NCBI GenBank assembly: GCA_951406725.2 | Contig: OX597831.1 | Location: 77,314,001 to 77,378,000 of the forward strand | Source of the DNA: Octopus vulgaris | Taxonomy: Eukaryota | Reading direction: 5' to 3' | DNA length: 64,000 nucleotides | Shown here: piece by piece, positions 53,973 to 64,000 of the stretch | Layout of the letters: each line of letters starts with the position of its first letter | Numbering within the stretch: position 1 is the first letter of the stretch | Made by a program: the position numbers and the translations under genes | Notes under the pieces: generated by a model | Databases searched by the model: none | Told to the model about the DNA's origin: nothing | What the model saw: the letters and a program-made list of their open reading frames with translations, nothing else

Positions 53973-54267
53973 ATATAAATTTTTTCAATAAAATTAGTTT
54001 TGTTTCTTATATCGACGTTGGACATAATTCTTGTTGGATCGACAAACTTGTTTTATAATTATGAATTTAATTAATACAAGCACTGGAAACAGTTTTAGCT
54101 TAAAATACTTCCTTACTGGTCAGTTTGAGGCTGGAACCCACGACATTCGTGTTATTGGCACGATATTGTCATCAACTGAGCTGCCCGACAAAAATGTCTG
54201 AGGAGTTTCTTTGAGAGAAGAACTGCCGTTCCACGTTTGTATGCACATCATTTGACATAGATAATCC

Positions 54268-54470
54268 TTTCTACTCTAGGCACAAGGCCTGAAACTTTGT
54301 GGGTAGGGGGATAGTCGATTACATCGACCCCAGTACTCTCTGGTACTTATTTTACCGACCCCGAAAGGATGAAAAAGCAAAGTCGACCTCGGTGTAATTT
54401 GAATTCAGAACGTAAAGATGAACGAAATACCGCTAAGCATTTCGTCCATGCGCTAACGATTCTGCCACCA
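54268..54470 (-). mobile_element. SINE family B copy
   Basis: Family body and tail. Confidence 0.8.
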
Positions 54471-55298
54471 CCGCCATCACTGTCATCATCATGAACTCTC
54501 AGACATTGCTGTTTCGAGTCCTACGACTTATAGGGTCGTTTAATCGATAATTTTCATGGCGTACAAGCGACCGAAATCACAACAATTAGCCGAACTCTCG
54601 CACCAAACAGAAAGAGAGTCTGTTTATTCATTTTGCAGCTGAGTGGGTTGATTGGAGCAACGTGAAAGAAAGTGTTTGGCTCAAGAACACAACACACCGC
54701 GCGTTCTAGGAACCGAAACCACCGCCTCCGTGATCGTGAGTGCAACGCCCTAACCACTTGACTGCTAAAACGGTGCATGATTTATGCTTTTGTTCCATAT
54801 GACCCTATCTACGAGCATTTCGTTGTCGACTTATTTCAGGTTTACATGGATATGTTCCACTAATATTCCTTCTTGTTTCAAAATGTTTGACTGAATTCCT
54901 TCATCGGTTTTATTTTTCTCGGTTACACCAGGGCGGCAGTCTTCCCTGCGGATATCATTTCACATAGGTTTTTACAAAAGATGCAGATCTCATAGGGAAA
55001 AAGAATACCTTAGTGACATTCTGGGAGTACAAAACTGTATACATTTGTTATGTTATCCATAGAAACATGAATCATGGAATATTTTCTTTCTCTGTTACAC
55101 CTTAAGATTGTTGGTAGTTTTTCTAGTTTATTAATAAGATATTCGACTGCGGTTTCTCGGTCCTGGATTACAAAGGCGTCGCCTTTCAACAATCTCATTT
55201 AATACAGACGTCACATAACAATTGCGCTTCTGGACGTTAGAATTGTCCCCTCGTTTCACACACACGCGCACACATAAATATATGCATGCTTATACATG

Positions 55299-55561
<263 letters not shown>

Positions 55562-55764
55562 TTATTGACGGCGTGATGTCGATTCAGCTCCGAAGGTAAT
55601 CATTTATTTTGACTATTTATAGGCCAATTTTTGTGTAGATTTTTGCAAATAAGGTGTGTAAGGCAACCAACTTTCATTTGAGTGCTTTTCCAAGGGAGGA
55701 ATTCGCCCCTAGGGACAGTTTCGACCCCATTTCATTTCTGTTATTTTCTTCCCGACATTAGAAA

Positions 55765-57636
55765 ATGTCTAGAAATTTTATTGTTGAACGCTGGTCGCGT
55801 TCTTTTTTGGAACAACATTTTCCTAGTCTGGAAACGACAGAGAAAAAAAAGAACGTTCGCACGGAAAATGCCAACGTGAAATTCGGTGAAAGGAACGCTG
55901 CAACCATGTGCGTTAACAGCCCTGTCACCACCGCCACCACCACCACTAACAACAGCAACCACGAGACAACAACTGCTACCACCACCACCTCCACCACCAC
56001 CACCACCACTACCACGACCAACATAAATGATAAAAATAAAACTGAAACGAAAACTATTGACAAAAACAACAGCAACAACAAGAACAACAATAAAAATGAA
56101 CTATCTAATAGTGAAGATGCCAATACAAAAAAGTCAACAACAGTAAATTTCGCAGATATTCTTCGCCAGAAAAAGGAGATTGTTACATTCACAAATGAAG
56201 AGCTCATAGAAACAAGAGCTCTCTTTACAACCCGTGGACAAGATTTAGTCCTGCATACACCTCAACATATAAAACAAGAAATTGAAAATAAGACAATTGT
56301 ATATAAAATTATTAGAAAAAACAAAAAACCAAATGAACAGATTACAAAAACTGATGTGGAGAAATGTTTAAAAAACATAATGAAAGAAAAAGAGTATATA
56401 AACTGGGGTCCCCAGTTTAACACAGTAGTGGTCCGCTTCCCTAACCAGGAAGTGGCAAAAGCTCACTCTACTGAGTCTCTGGGAAATGATGAAATCATCA
56501 TGGTCCCTTATTATAAAAACCAGAGGGTGAGTAGAATTACTATCAGAAATGTACCCCCCGATATGCCGAACAAATGGATAACAGGGGCAATCTGTTACCA
56601 CTTGAAAAAGATCAATATTCTAGAAACAGCCGTGTACCTAAACGACAATTGGGGTGGAAAAACAGTAGTTGTGACCATCCAGATTGAGAGCCTACCCGAC
56701 AAGATATACTTGGAGAATGGGCAATGCCTATATGTTATGGCAGAAGGCAAAAAGCCTAGATGCTACAAATGTGGCAGCCCCGAACATTTGATTGCCAAGT
56801 GCGATCTGGTACAGAAAAAACAAGAAAGAACAATTCAGAAAACATATAAAATCCCTTTGTTGCCAACACCAACACCAACACACTCAATTATGGAACAACG
56901 CCAAGAAAAACAACAAACCAGCAGACAAACCCCAACAACATCACCAAGAAAAACAGTACCAACACAATCACCGTTGACTTCACAACCAATTAAACCTGTT
57001 GAATTAACAAAAAATAGACCCACGCCCACACCCAGGACGACAATTAAAAAGACAGAAAACACTGACGAGAAGACAAATGCTACCCCTAACACCACAACAA
57101 CACAAACACCGCACAAAACATCAACAATTTATACAAGCATACATAGTGATCCTGTTCTTTTTCCTCTACCCCATACTGATACGTCGGACGAAGAAAGTTC
57201 GACGGAATGGCAAATAGCCACAGGGGGTAAAAGAAAAAGATCCAAAAAATCCACCAAACAAGGAATTAAAGCAGGGAGATATCTCACTCAGGACAACATT
57301 CCCCTAGACAATCAAAAAAGTAATGAACCCGTAAAACCACACACACAACTAACTGCAATAGACACAGACAATAAAGAATTAATGGACTACATCAAATCTA
57401 ACATGGTCGTCTGTGAAGATGACTTTAAGACAAACAATCATCCGCACACCACACCACCGAAACACATCAGAATTTTACACATAACACAAGCACAACACCA
57501 CATACTGAAAACATTATTTCCGAATGCGGTAGGCGGGTATCAACGATACCTGTCGAAAAAACTATACAAACACCTCATCAAAAACGATACAAAAGAAGAA
57601 GAAGAAAAAAATGAAACTTTTAAAATGAGTAAGTGA
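55765..57636 (+). CDS. Tx1-like ORF1p (gag-like nucleic-acid-binding protein, 623 aa)
   Basis: Zinc knuckle CYKCGSPEHLIAKC; RITIRNVPP RRM-like strand; T/N-rich low-complexity segments; basic KRKRSKK. Confidence 0.85.
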   Translation: MSRNFIVERWSRSFLEQHFPSLETTEKKKNVRTENANVKFGERNAATMCVNSPVTTATTTTNNSNHETTTATTTTSTTTTTTTTTNINDKNKTETKTIDKNNSNNKNNNKNELSNSEDANTKKSTTVNFADILRQKKEIVTFTNEELIETRALFTTRGQDLVLHTPQHIKQEIENKTIVYKIIRKNKKPNEQITKTDVEKCLKNIMKEKEYINWGPQFNTVVVRFPNQEVAKAHSTESLGNDEIIMVPYYKNQRVSRITIRNVPPDMPNKWITGAICYHLKKINILETAVYLNDNWGGKTVVVTIQIESLPDKIYLENGQCLYVMAEGKKPRCYKCGSPEHLIAKCDLVQKKQERTIQKTYKIPLLPTPTPTHSIMEQRQEKQQTSRQTPTTSPRKTVPTQSPLTSQPIKPVELTKNRPTPTPRTTIKKTENTDEKTNATPNTTTTQTPHKTSTIYTSIHSDPVLFPLPHTDTSDEESSTEWQIATGGKRKRSKKSTKQGIKAGRYLTQDNIPLDNQKSNEPVKPHTQLTAIDTDNKELMDYIKSNMVVCEDDFKTNNHPHTTPPKHIRILHITQAQHHILKTLFPNAVGGYQRYLSKKLYKHLIKNDTKEEEEKNETFKMSK

Positions 57637-57693
57637 CCTCACTTCTTGCCTCTTGTCTCTTCTAATATAGTGTGTAAAACACAATTTTCGTAA

Positions 57694-60600
57694 ATGTCAA
57701 GTATGCTTAAATTAGGTTGTGTGAATGCGCGTGGCTTGGCGTCGGCTTGGAAGCAAGGTTACCTTCTAAACGACATCAAGTCACTGGACGTGGATATAGT
57801 AGCTATCAGTGAAACCAGACTCAGTAAGCCGCGGGCCCTCGAGTCCATGTTTGGCAGTCAATTTGACATTTATTTTTCTCCCTGTCTGCCGAACATGGGT
57901 GGTGGAGGTACTGCGGTGCTTTTTCGAAAGAGTCTAAAGGTAAAAGTAAGAGCAATATTCCTAGACCCGGAGGGTAGGCTGGTTGTCTTGGACGTGGATG
58001 GCAGAAATGGGTGTGCATTCCGTCTGATGGCAGTTTATGCACCGTCCTTAACGGGTCGGGCGGATTTCTTCAGACGTCTAGAGGTTTTCCTGGGTACGTC
58101 TAGACCTTTACTGTTAGTAGGGGATTGGAACGCTACCTTGGACACGCATCTAGCTTATGTGGGAAGGGATAGGAATAGAAGGGGGTGTAAGAGCCTCAAA
58201 GACCTGCTCAGACGTTTCCATTTGTCTGACAGGTTCCGACTCGACCATCCGAACGTGCCAACGTGGACTTGGACAAACTGCGTCGGATCGTCGAGATCTT
58301 ATCTAGATAGAATTCTATGCAGGACAGCGGATAGGGATAGTGTAGGTTGTCCACAATTTAAAATAGTCAGCTACACAGATCACAAATTTGTTACGTGTAC
58401 GCTCGACTTAGATAAAACACATAGGCAGGGTCCCGGTTACTGGAAACTGAACACGTCGCTGTTAGCGCGACAGGTTTACAGGAACCGGATTAGCGAGTTA
58501 ATTAAGAGGGCGCTGACGGGAGCGGTCGTTAACAACCGCTGGTGGTACGCCCTGAAAATGGCAATAAAATCGGAATCAATTAGGTTTAGCAAGGAATTAG
58601 CGATAGAACGAAATAGAGTAGAGGGAGACTTAGTTAAGAAACTAGAAGAGGCACTTACCACTGGCAGCGCAACCAACGTGCTAGCTGCGAGGATGGCCCT
58701 CGACCAACACCTCAACGCCAAGCACGAAGGTTGCGTCGTCAGAGCTAAAATGCGTGCCTTAAGGAACGAAGGGATTGAAGCTGCGCGAGAGGCCCGGGTA
58801 GCGGAGGCGCAGCGTGGCAACAGATCAACCATTCGGTCTCTAATAGATCAACAGGGATGCAGTTTACTCGAACCCGAAAGGATGTGTGAGGCCTTTCAAC
58901 AGCACTTTGCTCGACTGTTTGGTGCGAGTGGTGGGTCGGAACGAGGGATGGATTTCAGTGCCTACCTGACCGACCTGCCGCGGCTCTCGGCAAGAGAGGC
59001 GGAGTGTTGTGAAAGTCCCATCACAGCCGCTGACGTGTGGGATGCGATGGCGGGCTGCGCGAGGGATAAGTCGCCTGGATTGGATGGTTTACCCTACGAG
59101 CTGTATTGTCGAATGCCAGACTTGTTTGGCGACCTCTTGGCATCAGTCTACTGCAACTGGCAACAAAACGGGAGAATCCCCGGTTTCGTGAGCCGAGGTG
59201 CAGTGACGTTGCTGAAGAAAGACTCAAACAAGGGGAATTTTATAGATAATTTCAGGCCCATCACTCTGCTCAACGCAGATTTGAAAATTTTGGCCAAAGT
59301 AATAGCCGAGAGGTTGGCGCTTGTCATTGGTAAACTGGTCGACAGGGCGCAAACATGCGCCGTGCCGGGCAGAACCATACATGACAACCTCCATCTGATG
59401 CGCTACATTGTGGACAGGGTAGTTAAGGATCCTGGCATGGGTGGGGCGCTGATAAATTTGGATCAGTCTAAAGCCTTCGATAGGGTCGACCATCGGTACT
59501 TGGCGGCCGTCCTCAGGGCGGCTGGCTTCGGTCCCGTCTTCCGCGGTTGGATCGTTGCCTTGTATAGCGGCATCCGATCGGTGATTCGGGTGAACGGTCA
59601 CCTGTCGAAACCGTTTGACATCACGCGTTCGGTCCGTCAGGGGTGTCCCCTGTCGGCGCTTCTGTATGTATTGACTCTCGAGCCGCTACTGCGGAAGCTG
59701 GCGACACTGAGGGGCATCCCACGGGAACTGGGTTGCGGGACGAGCGTGTCGGCATATGCGGACGATGTCACCGTCATAGTGTCGAGCGACCAGCACATCG
59801 AGCTGGTCGGCGAGACACTAAGAAAATATGAAACGGTGACGGGAGCAAAGATTAACCCGGAAAAGTCAGTGGGTTTGCTACTCGGCACTTGGAGAAGCAA
59901 GCCCATGCCGTCCGACTGCGGCTCAGTAGTGGGACGCTGGACGGACGGACCGGTTAAATTGCTCGGGGTCTGGTTCAGTCCGGACCTCCAAATGGATAAG
60001 AACTGGGACGAGATCACGAGTAGAGTGGTCGCTCTCAGCCAAAAATGGGCCGAGAGGAAGCTGTCTCTAAAAGGCCGGGCGGAGGTGGCGAACGCGTACA
60101 TCGCATCCGTCATCGATTACCGCCTGACCGTCGTACCTTGTCCCGACGCCACCATCACCAAACTGGAACGCATACTCTTCCGCTTCCTGTGGAAGGGTGG
60201 CGTTCCGATGGTGAGGAAGTCCATTTGCTGTCAACATCCGTTGAATGGAGGACTGGGCATGCCGTGGTTGATGATGCGCAGGCATGCGCTGAGACTGCGA
60301 CATCTCTGGAAATTCATCGACGACGGTGAACAGGTGTGGGCGCCGTTTGTGAGGCGCGACTTCCCGCAGCTCGTCTCACTGACCGAACTGCAAACGTGGA
60401 TCAAAAAGAGACCGAAACTGGGCGATTGGCACCGAGAGTGTCGCCAAGCTCTACAGCAGCTCTGCCGACCGGGGTCAAACTTGTGCAACTTCCAAACGAC
60501 TAAAGCGTTCTATAGAGGACTAGTGGAGGGGAGGTCCGACGACACACTCGGGGCAAACCTGGGCGTCGACGAGGAATTCCTAACCCGCCTGTTCAGGACG

Positions 60601-61143
60601 ACGTTCGGGCCGGGGCCTATGGATAACTTCCAGAAATCCCTGGCTTGGCAGTGCTATCGAGACGCACTACCTGTTCGAGAGAAGAGCTACAGACACGGTT
60701 CGAAAACCATCACCGGACCGACCTGCCCGAGATGCGGTCAGAGCGACGAAACCGTTCTGCACGCACTCGTGCTGTGTCCAGATATTTCAGAGCTGTGGTC
60801 CTTCGTCGAACAGCTGTTGTCACGTGTAGGTCAGGCTCGCCTATCGGCCGAGTCTATTGTGAATATTGTTCCACCACCTTCCTTTAAACGGGAAGGGAAA
60901 ACGGTTTTCGTTACGCTGATGGCTATGGCGAAAGAATGTGTGTGGTGGACGCGTTTGAAAGGACTGCAAACAAACACCTTCCTCTCTGGTCAGTCTCTCG
61001 TCAACTTTTTCAAGTACCACTTGAAAAGGAGGATGAGAATAGAGAGGAAGGCTTTGTCGAACGAATGTTTTAATAAAAAGTGGGTAAAAGTGGCAAAAAT
61101 GGTCAGTATGAAAGACGACACTATTTTAAGCATAAATCTGTAA
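57694..61143 (+). CDS. Tx1-like ORF2p (APE endonuclease, reverse transcriptase, C-terminal CCHC; 1149 aa)
   Basis: NARGL, ISET, VYAP, GDWN, YLDRIL, TDH, GPGYWKLN, KSPGLDGLP, FRPITLLN, LDQSKAFDRVDH, VRQGCPLS, AYADD, CPRC..ETVLHALVLC. Confidence 0.95.
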   Translation: MSSMLKLGCVNARGLASAWKQGYLLNDIKSLDVDIVAISETRLSKPRALESMFGSQFDIYFSPCLPNMGGGGTAVLFRKSLKVKVRAIFLDPEGRLVVLDVDGRNGCAFRLMAVYAPSLTGRADFFRRLEVFLGTSRPLLLVGDWNATLDTHLAYVGRDRNRRGCKSLKDLLRRFHLSDRFRLDHPNVPTWTWTNCVGSSRSYLDRILCRTADRDSVGCPQFKIVSYTDHKFVTCTLDLDKTHRQGPGYWKLNTSLLARQVYRNRISELIKRALTGAVVNNRWWYALKMAIKSESIRFSKELAIERNRVEGDLVKKLEEALTTGSATNVLAARMALDQHLNAKHEGCVVRAKMRALRNEGIEAAREARVAEAQRGNRSTIRSLIDQQGCSLLEPERMCEAFQQHFARLFGASGGSERGMDFSAYLTDLPRLSAREAECCESPITAADVWDAMAGCARDKSPGLDGLPYELYCRMPDLFGDLLASVYCNWQQNGRIPGFVSRGAVTLLKKDSNKGNFIDNFRPITLLNADLKILAKVIAERLALVIGKLVDRAQTCAVPGRTIHDNLHLMRYIVDRVVKDPGMGGALINLDQSKAFDRVDHRYLAAVLRAAGFGPVFRGWIVALYSGIRSVIRVNGHLSKPFDITRSVRQGCPLSALLYVLTLEPLLRKLATLRGIPRELGCGTSVSAYADDVTVIVSSDQHIELVGETLRKYETVTGAKINPEKSVGLLLGTWRSKPMPSDCGSVVGRWTDGPVKLLGVWFSPDLQMDKNWDEITSRVVALSQKWAERKLSLKGRAEVANAYIASVIDYRLTVVPCPDATITKLERILFRFLWKGGVPMVRKSICCQHPLNGGLGMPWLMMRRHALRLRHLWKFIDDGEQVWAPFVRRDFPQLVSLTELQTWIKKRPKLGDWHRECRQALQQLCRPGSNLCNFQTTKAFYRGLVEGRSDDTLGANLGVDEEFLTRLFRTTFGPGPMDNFQKSLAWQCYRDALPVREKSYRHGSKTITGPTCPRCGQSDETVLHALVLCPDISELWSFVEQLLSRVGQARLSAESIVNIVPPPSFKREGKTVFVTLMAMAKECVWWTRLKGLQTNTFLSGQSLVNFFKYHLKRRMRIERKALSNECFNKKWVKVAKMVSMKDDTILSINL

Positions 61144-61448
61144 CCAAAAGAGACAACGAGAAGTAAGGCGACTTACTCATGTGTTCTTTTCCGAATTGCC
61201 TGAGGTGACCTTGGTCTTTTTTGTAGGTTTTTCTTTCCAAGACTACACCTAAACTGTGAACCTTATATATATATATATATATATATATTGCTTTTTTATA
61301 CACCACACAACCCACAGATCCCTATTGATCAAACGTTTTTTTTTTTTTTTTTTCTTGCCCCACCCATCCCACCTCGAAAAGAAAAATTCTACATTGTATT
61401 TCGTCCATTTTTATTCTGTGTTTAGCCCTGTGTGGCTACAATAAAAAG

Positions 61449-61512
<64 letters not shown>

Positions 61513-61513
<1 letters not shown>

Positions 61514-61640
61514 CCTTTTGTTCGAAACTCCCCCTTCCTTTTTTTTTTTTTTTTTCTTTTTTTCTTAAACCTTCAAAAGAAAAGCTCTACCTTGTAATTT
61601 GTTCTATCTGTGTGCAGCCCTGTGTGGCTAATAAAGAAAC
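61513..61640 (+). mobile_element. Very short 5'-truncated Tx1 copy (3' UTR only) in (TCTA)n
   Basis: Nearly identical to 62987-63110. Confidence 0.85.
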
Positions 61641-61663
61641 ATATCTATCTATCTATCTATCTA

Positions 61664-61774
<111 letters not shown>

Positions 61775-61791
61775 GTCTGTCTCTCTGTCTG

Positions 61792-61910
<119 letters not shown>

Positions 61911-61937
61911 GTCTGTCTCTCTGTCTGTCTGTCTATC

Positions 61938-62015
<78 letters not shown>

Positions 62016-62016
<1 letters not shown>

Positions 62017-63110
62017 GGCACCGCGAGTGTCGCGTTGCTCTCAAGCAACTCTGCCGTCCTGGGTCGACCTTAAGTGACTTCAACACAACCAAAGCATACT
62101 ATAGGGGTTTAGTGGAGGGGAGGTACGACCACGAGCTCGGGGCGAACCTGGACGTCGACGAGGAGTACCTGACCCGCCTGTTCAGGACGACTTTCGGGCC
62201 AGGGCCCATGGACAACTTCCAGAGATCCCTGGCCTGGCAGTGCTACCGAGAAGCGCTACCCGTTCGGGATAAGCTCTACAGACACGGCTCGAGAAACACG
62301 GGGCCGACCTGCCCGAGATGCGGTCAGAGCGACGAAACCGTTCTGCACGCACTCGTTCAGTGTCCAACAATTTCCGACCTGTGGGCTTGTGTCGAACAAC
62401 TGCTGTCACGTGTGGGACGAGTCGGTTTATCAGCTGAGTCTATCGTCAATATTGTCACGCCTCCTTCCTTCAAACGGGAAGGAAGAGCTATTTTCATCAT
62501 CCTTGTGGCTATGGCGAAAGAATGTATCTGGTGGACGCGTCTGAAAGGATTGGAGACAAACACTTTCCTCTCTGGTCAATCTCTCATCAACTTCTTCAAG
62601 TACCACTTGAAAAGGAAAGTGAGAGTAGAGAGGCAAGTTTTGTCTAGCGAATGTTTTAAAAAAAGATGGGTGAATGTAGCAAGAATGGCACGTATGAATG
62701 ACGAAGCCACCTTGAGCATAGTCCTATGAACCCAGAAATCGAAAACAGAGAGTCGCTTATTTGCAAAAAAAAAAAAAAAAAAAAGAAATATAAAATGTGA
62801 CTTCATTGACCGAGGTTAACGTGGTCTTTTCCGTAGGCTTTTCTTTCCACGGGTAAACCTCACCTGTCCTCCCCTTTACACTTCATATTGACATTTCTGT
62901 GATAACGATCCCTATTGATCAAAATTTTTTTCCTCCCCCCCTTTTTTTTAACCCCCCCTTTTTTGTCCTCTTTCTCTCCTTTTACGATCCCTTTTGATCG
63001 AAACTCCCCCTTCCTTTTTTTTTTTTTTTTTTTTCTAACCCTTCAAAAGAAAAGCTCTACCTTGTAATTTGTTCTATCTGTGTGCAGCCCGGTGTGGCTA
63101 ATAAAGAAAA
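62016..63110 (+). mobile_element. 5'-truncated copy of a sister Tx1 subfamily (ORF2 C-terminus 62016-62729 plus 3' UTR) in (TCTA)n
   Basis: Open frame [16 protein letters not shown]...CPRCGQSDETVLHALVQC...LSIVL*, paralogous to 60427-61143. Confidence 0.9.
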
Positions 63111-63201
<91 letters not shown>

Positions 63202-63318
63202 TTTCCATCTGTGTGTGTGGTGTGGTGGTGGTGGTGGTGTGTATTTGTATTAAATAAAATGCGACAACAAAGCCAAAGCTGTGTAGAATTTTCAGGATAT
63301 TTATAAAGAGAAAGTTAG

Positions 63319-63356
<38 letters not shown>

Positions 63357-63394
63357 TGTATGTATGTATGTATGTATGTATGTATATATGTATG

Positions 63395-63453
<59 letters not shown>

Positions 63454-63458
63454 GTATG

Positions 63459-63500
<42 letters not shown>

Positions 63501-63506
<6 letters not shown>

Positions 63507-63998
63507 TAAATAAATGGAGTTAAACGCATATGTTATTAAAATTCTTTTACTTTCGACATATGTTTCGAAGACAACGGTGTAAAATGCAATCTTCTCATCA
63601 GGAAAGAAAGAGACCCTGTCTCAACAACAAGACATTATAACAATTACGTTGACTGTCTAAATGATAAACAGGACGTTATTAAGTATTTTAAAAAAACTAC
63701 TTCCAAGCCTTTGAACATTTTTCAACCAACGTATCCCTCTTTATTTGTTCTCTACTTATTATTTCTTTAACCCTTCTCTTCCTACTATCTGCCTTTGACG
63801 TCGAATCTACTAACGGTTTTTTTAAAATACTTAATAACGTTCTGTTTATCATTTAGGCAGTCATCGTAATTGTAATAATGCCTTCTTGTTGAGATAGGCT
63901 CTCTTTCTTTCCTGACGAGAAAAGTGCATTTTACAACATATGTCGAAAGTAAAAGAATTTGAATAGCATCTGCGTTCAACTCTATTTATTTACTTATA
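63501..63998. mobile_element. Older fold-back element (imperfect arms of ~190 bp) adjacent to (TA)n
   Basis: Arms at ~63501-63697 and ~63816-63998. Confidence 0.8.
63550..63606 (-). ncRNA. Canonical type I hammerhead ribozyme motif
   Basis: CTTTC-CTGATGA-GAAGAT...GTCTTC-GAAA-CATATG-TC-GAAAG (GUC triplet); the mirror copy at 63907-63949 has lost part of stem II and GAAA. Confidence 0.85.
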
Positions 63999-64000
63999 CT

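Noticed and set aside
52700-55200. Possible decayed Penelope GIY-YIG coding remnants and weak hammerhead-like motifs (~52703-52990, ~54880-55200; also ~1200, ~19450, ~43800)
   Set aside because: Too degenerate to support by eye.
57821-60887. Antisense and alternate-frame ORFs inside Tx1 ORF2
   Set aside because: Expected shadow ORFs in GC-rich coding DNA, with no recognisable motifs.

Overview
Repeat-dense animal genomic DNA, intronic or intergenic. The SINE families and extreme (TA)n/(CA)n/(TCTA)n/(TAA)n density are most consistent with an octopus, but this is an inference. No intact host gene was found, and most ORF-track entries are microsatellite artefacts. Main contents: (1) a full-length Tx1-clade LINE with two intact ORFs (55561-61450) plus two 5'-truncated relatives, all embedded in (TCTA)n; (2) a decayed CR1-like LINE (39307-43186) whose 3' stem-loop is shared with the most abundant SINE; (3) an intronless ZNF341-like zinc-finger fragment bounded by TA repeats; (4) several unrelated short elements, mostly in or beside (TA)n, that carry type I hammerhead ribozyme motifs inside long inverted repeats (Penelope-like pLTR geometry); (5) an R4/Dong 3' end and a non-coding element in (TAA)n; (6) SINE multimers, non-autonomous Helitrons and mariner remnants. 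All calls were made by eye, and boundaries of degenerate repeats are approximate.
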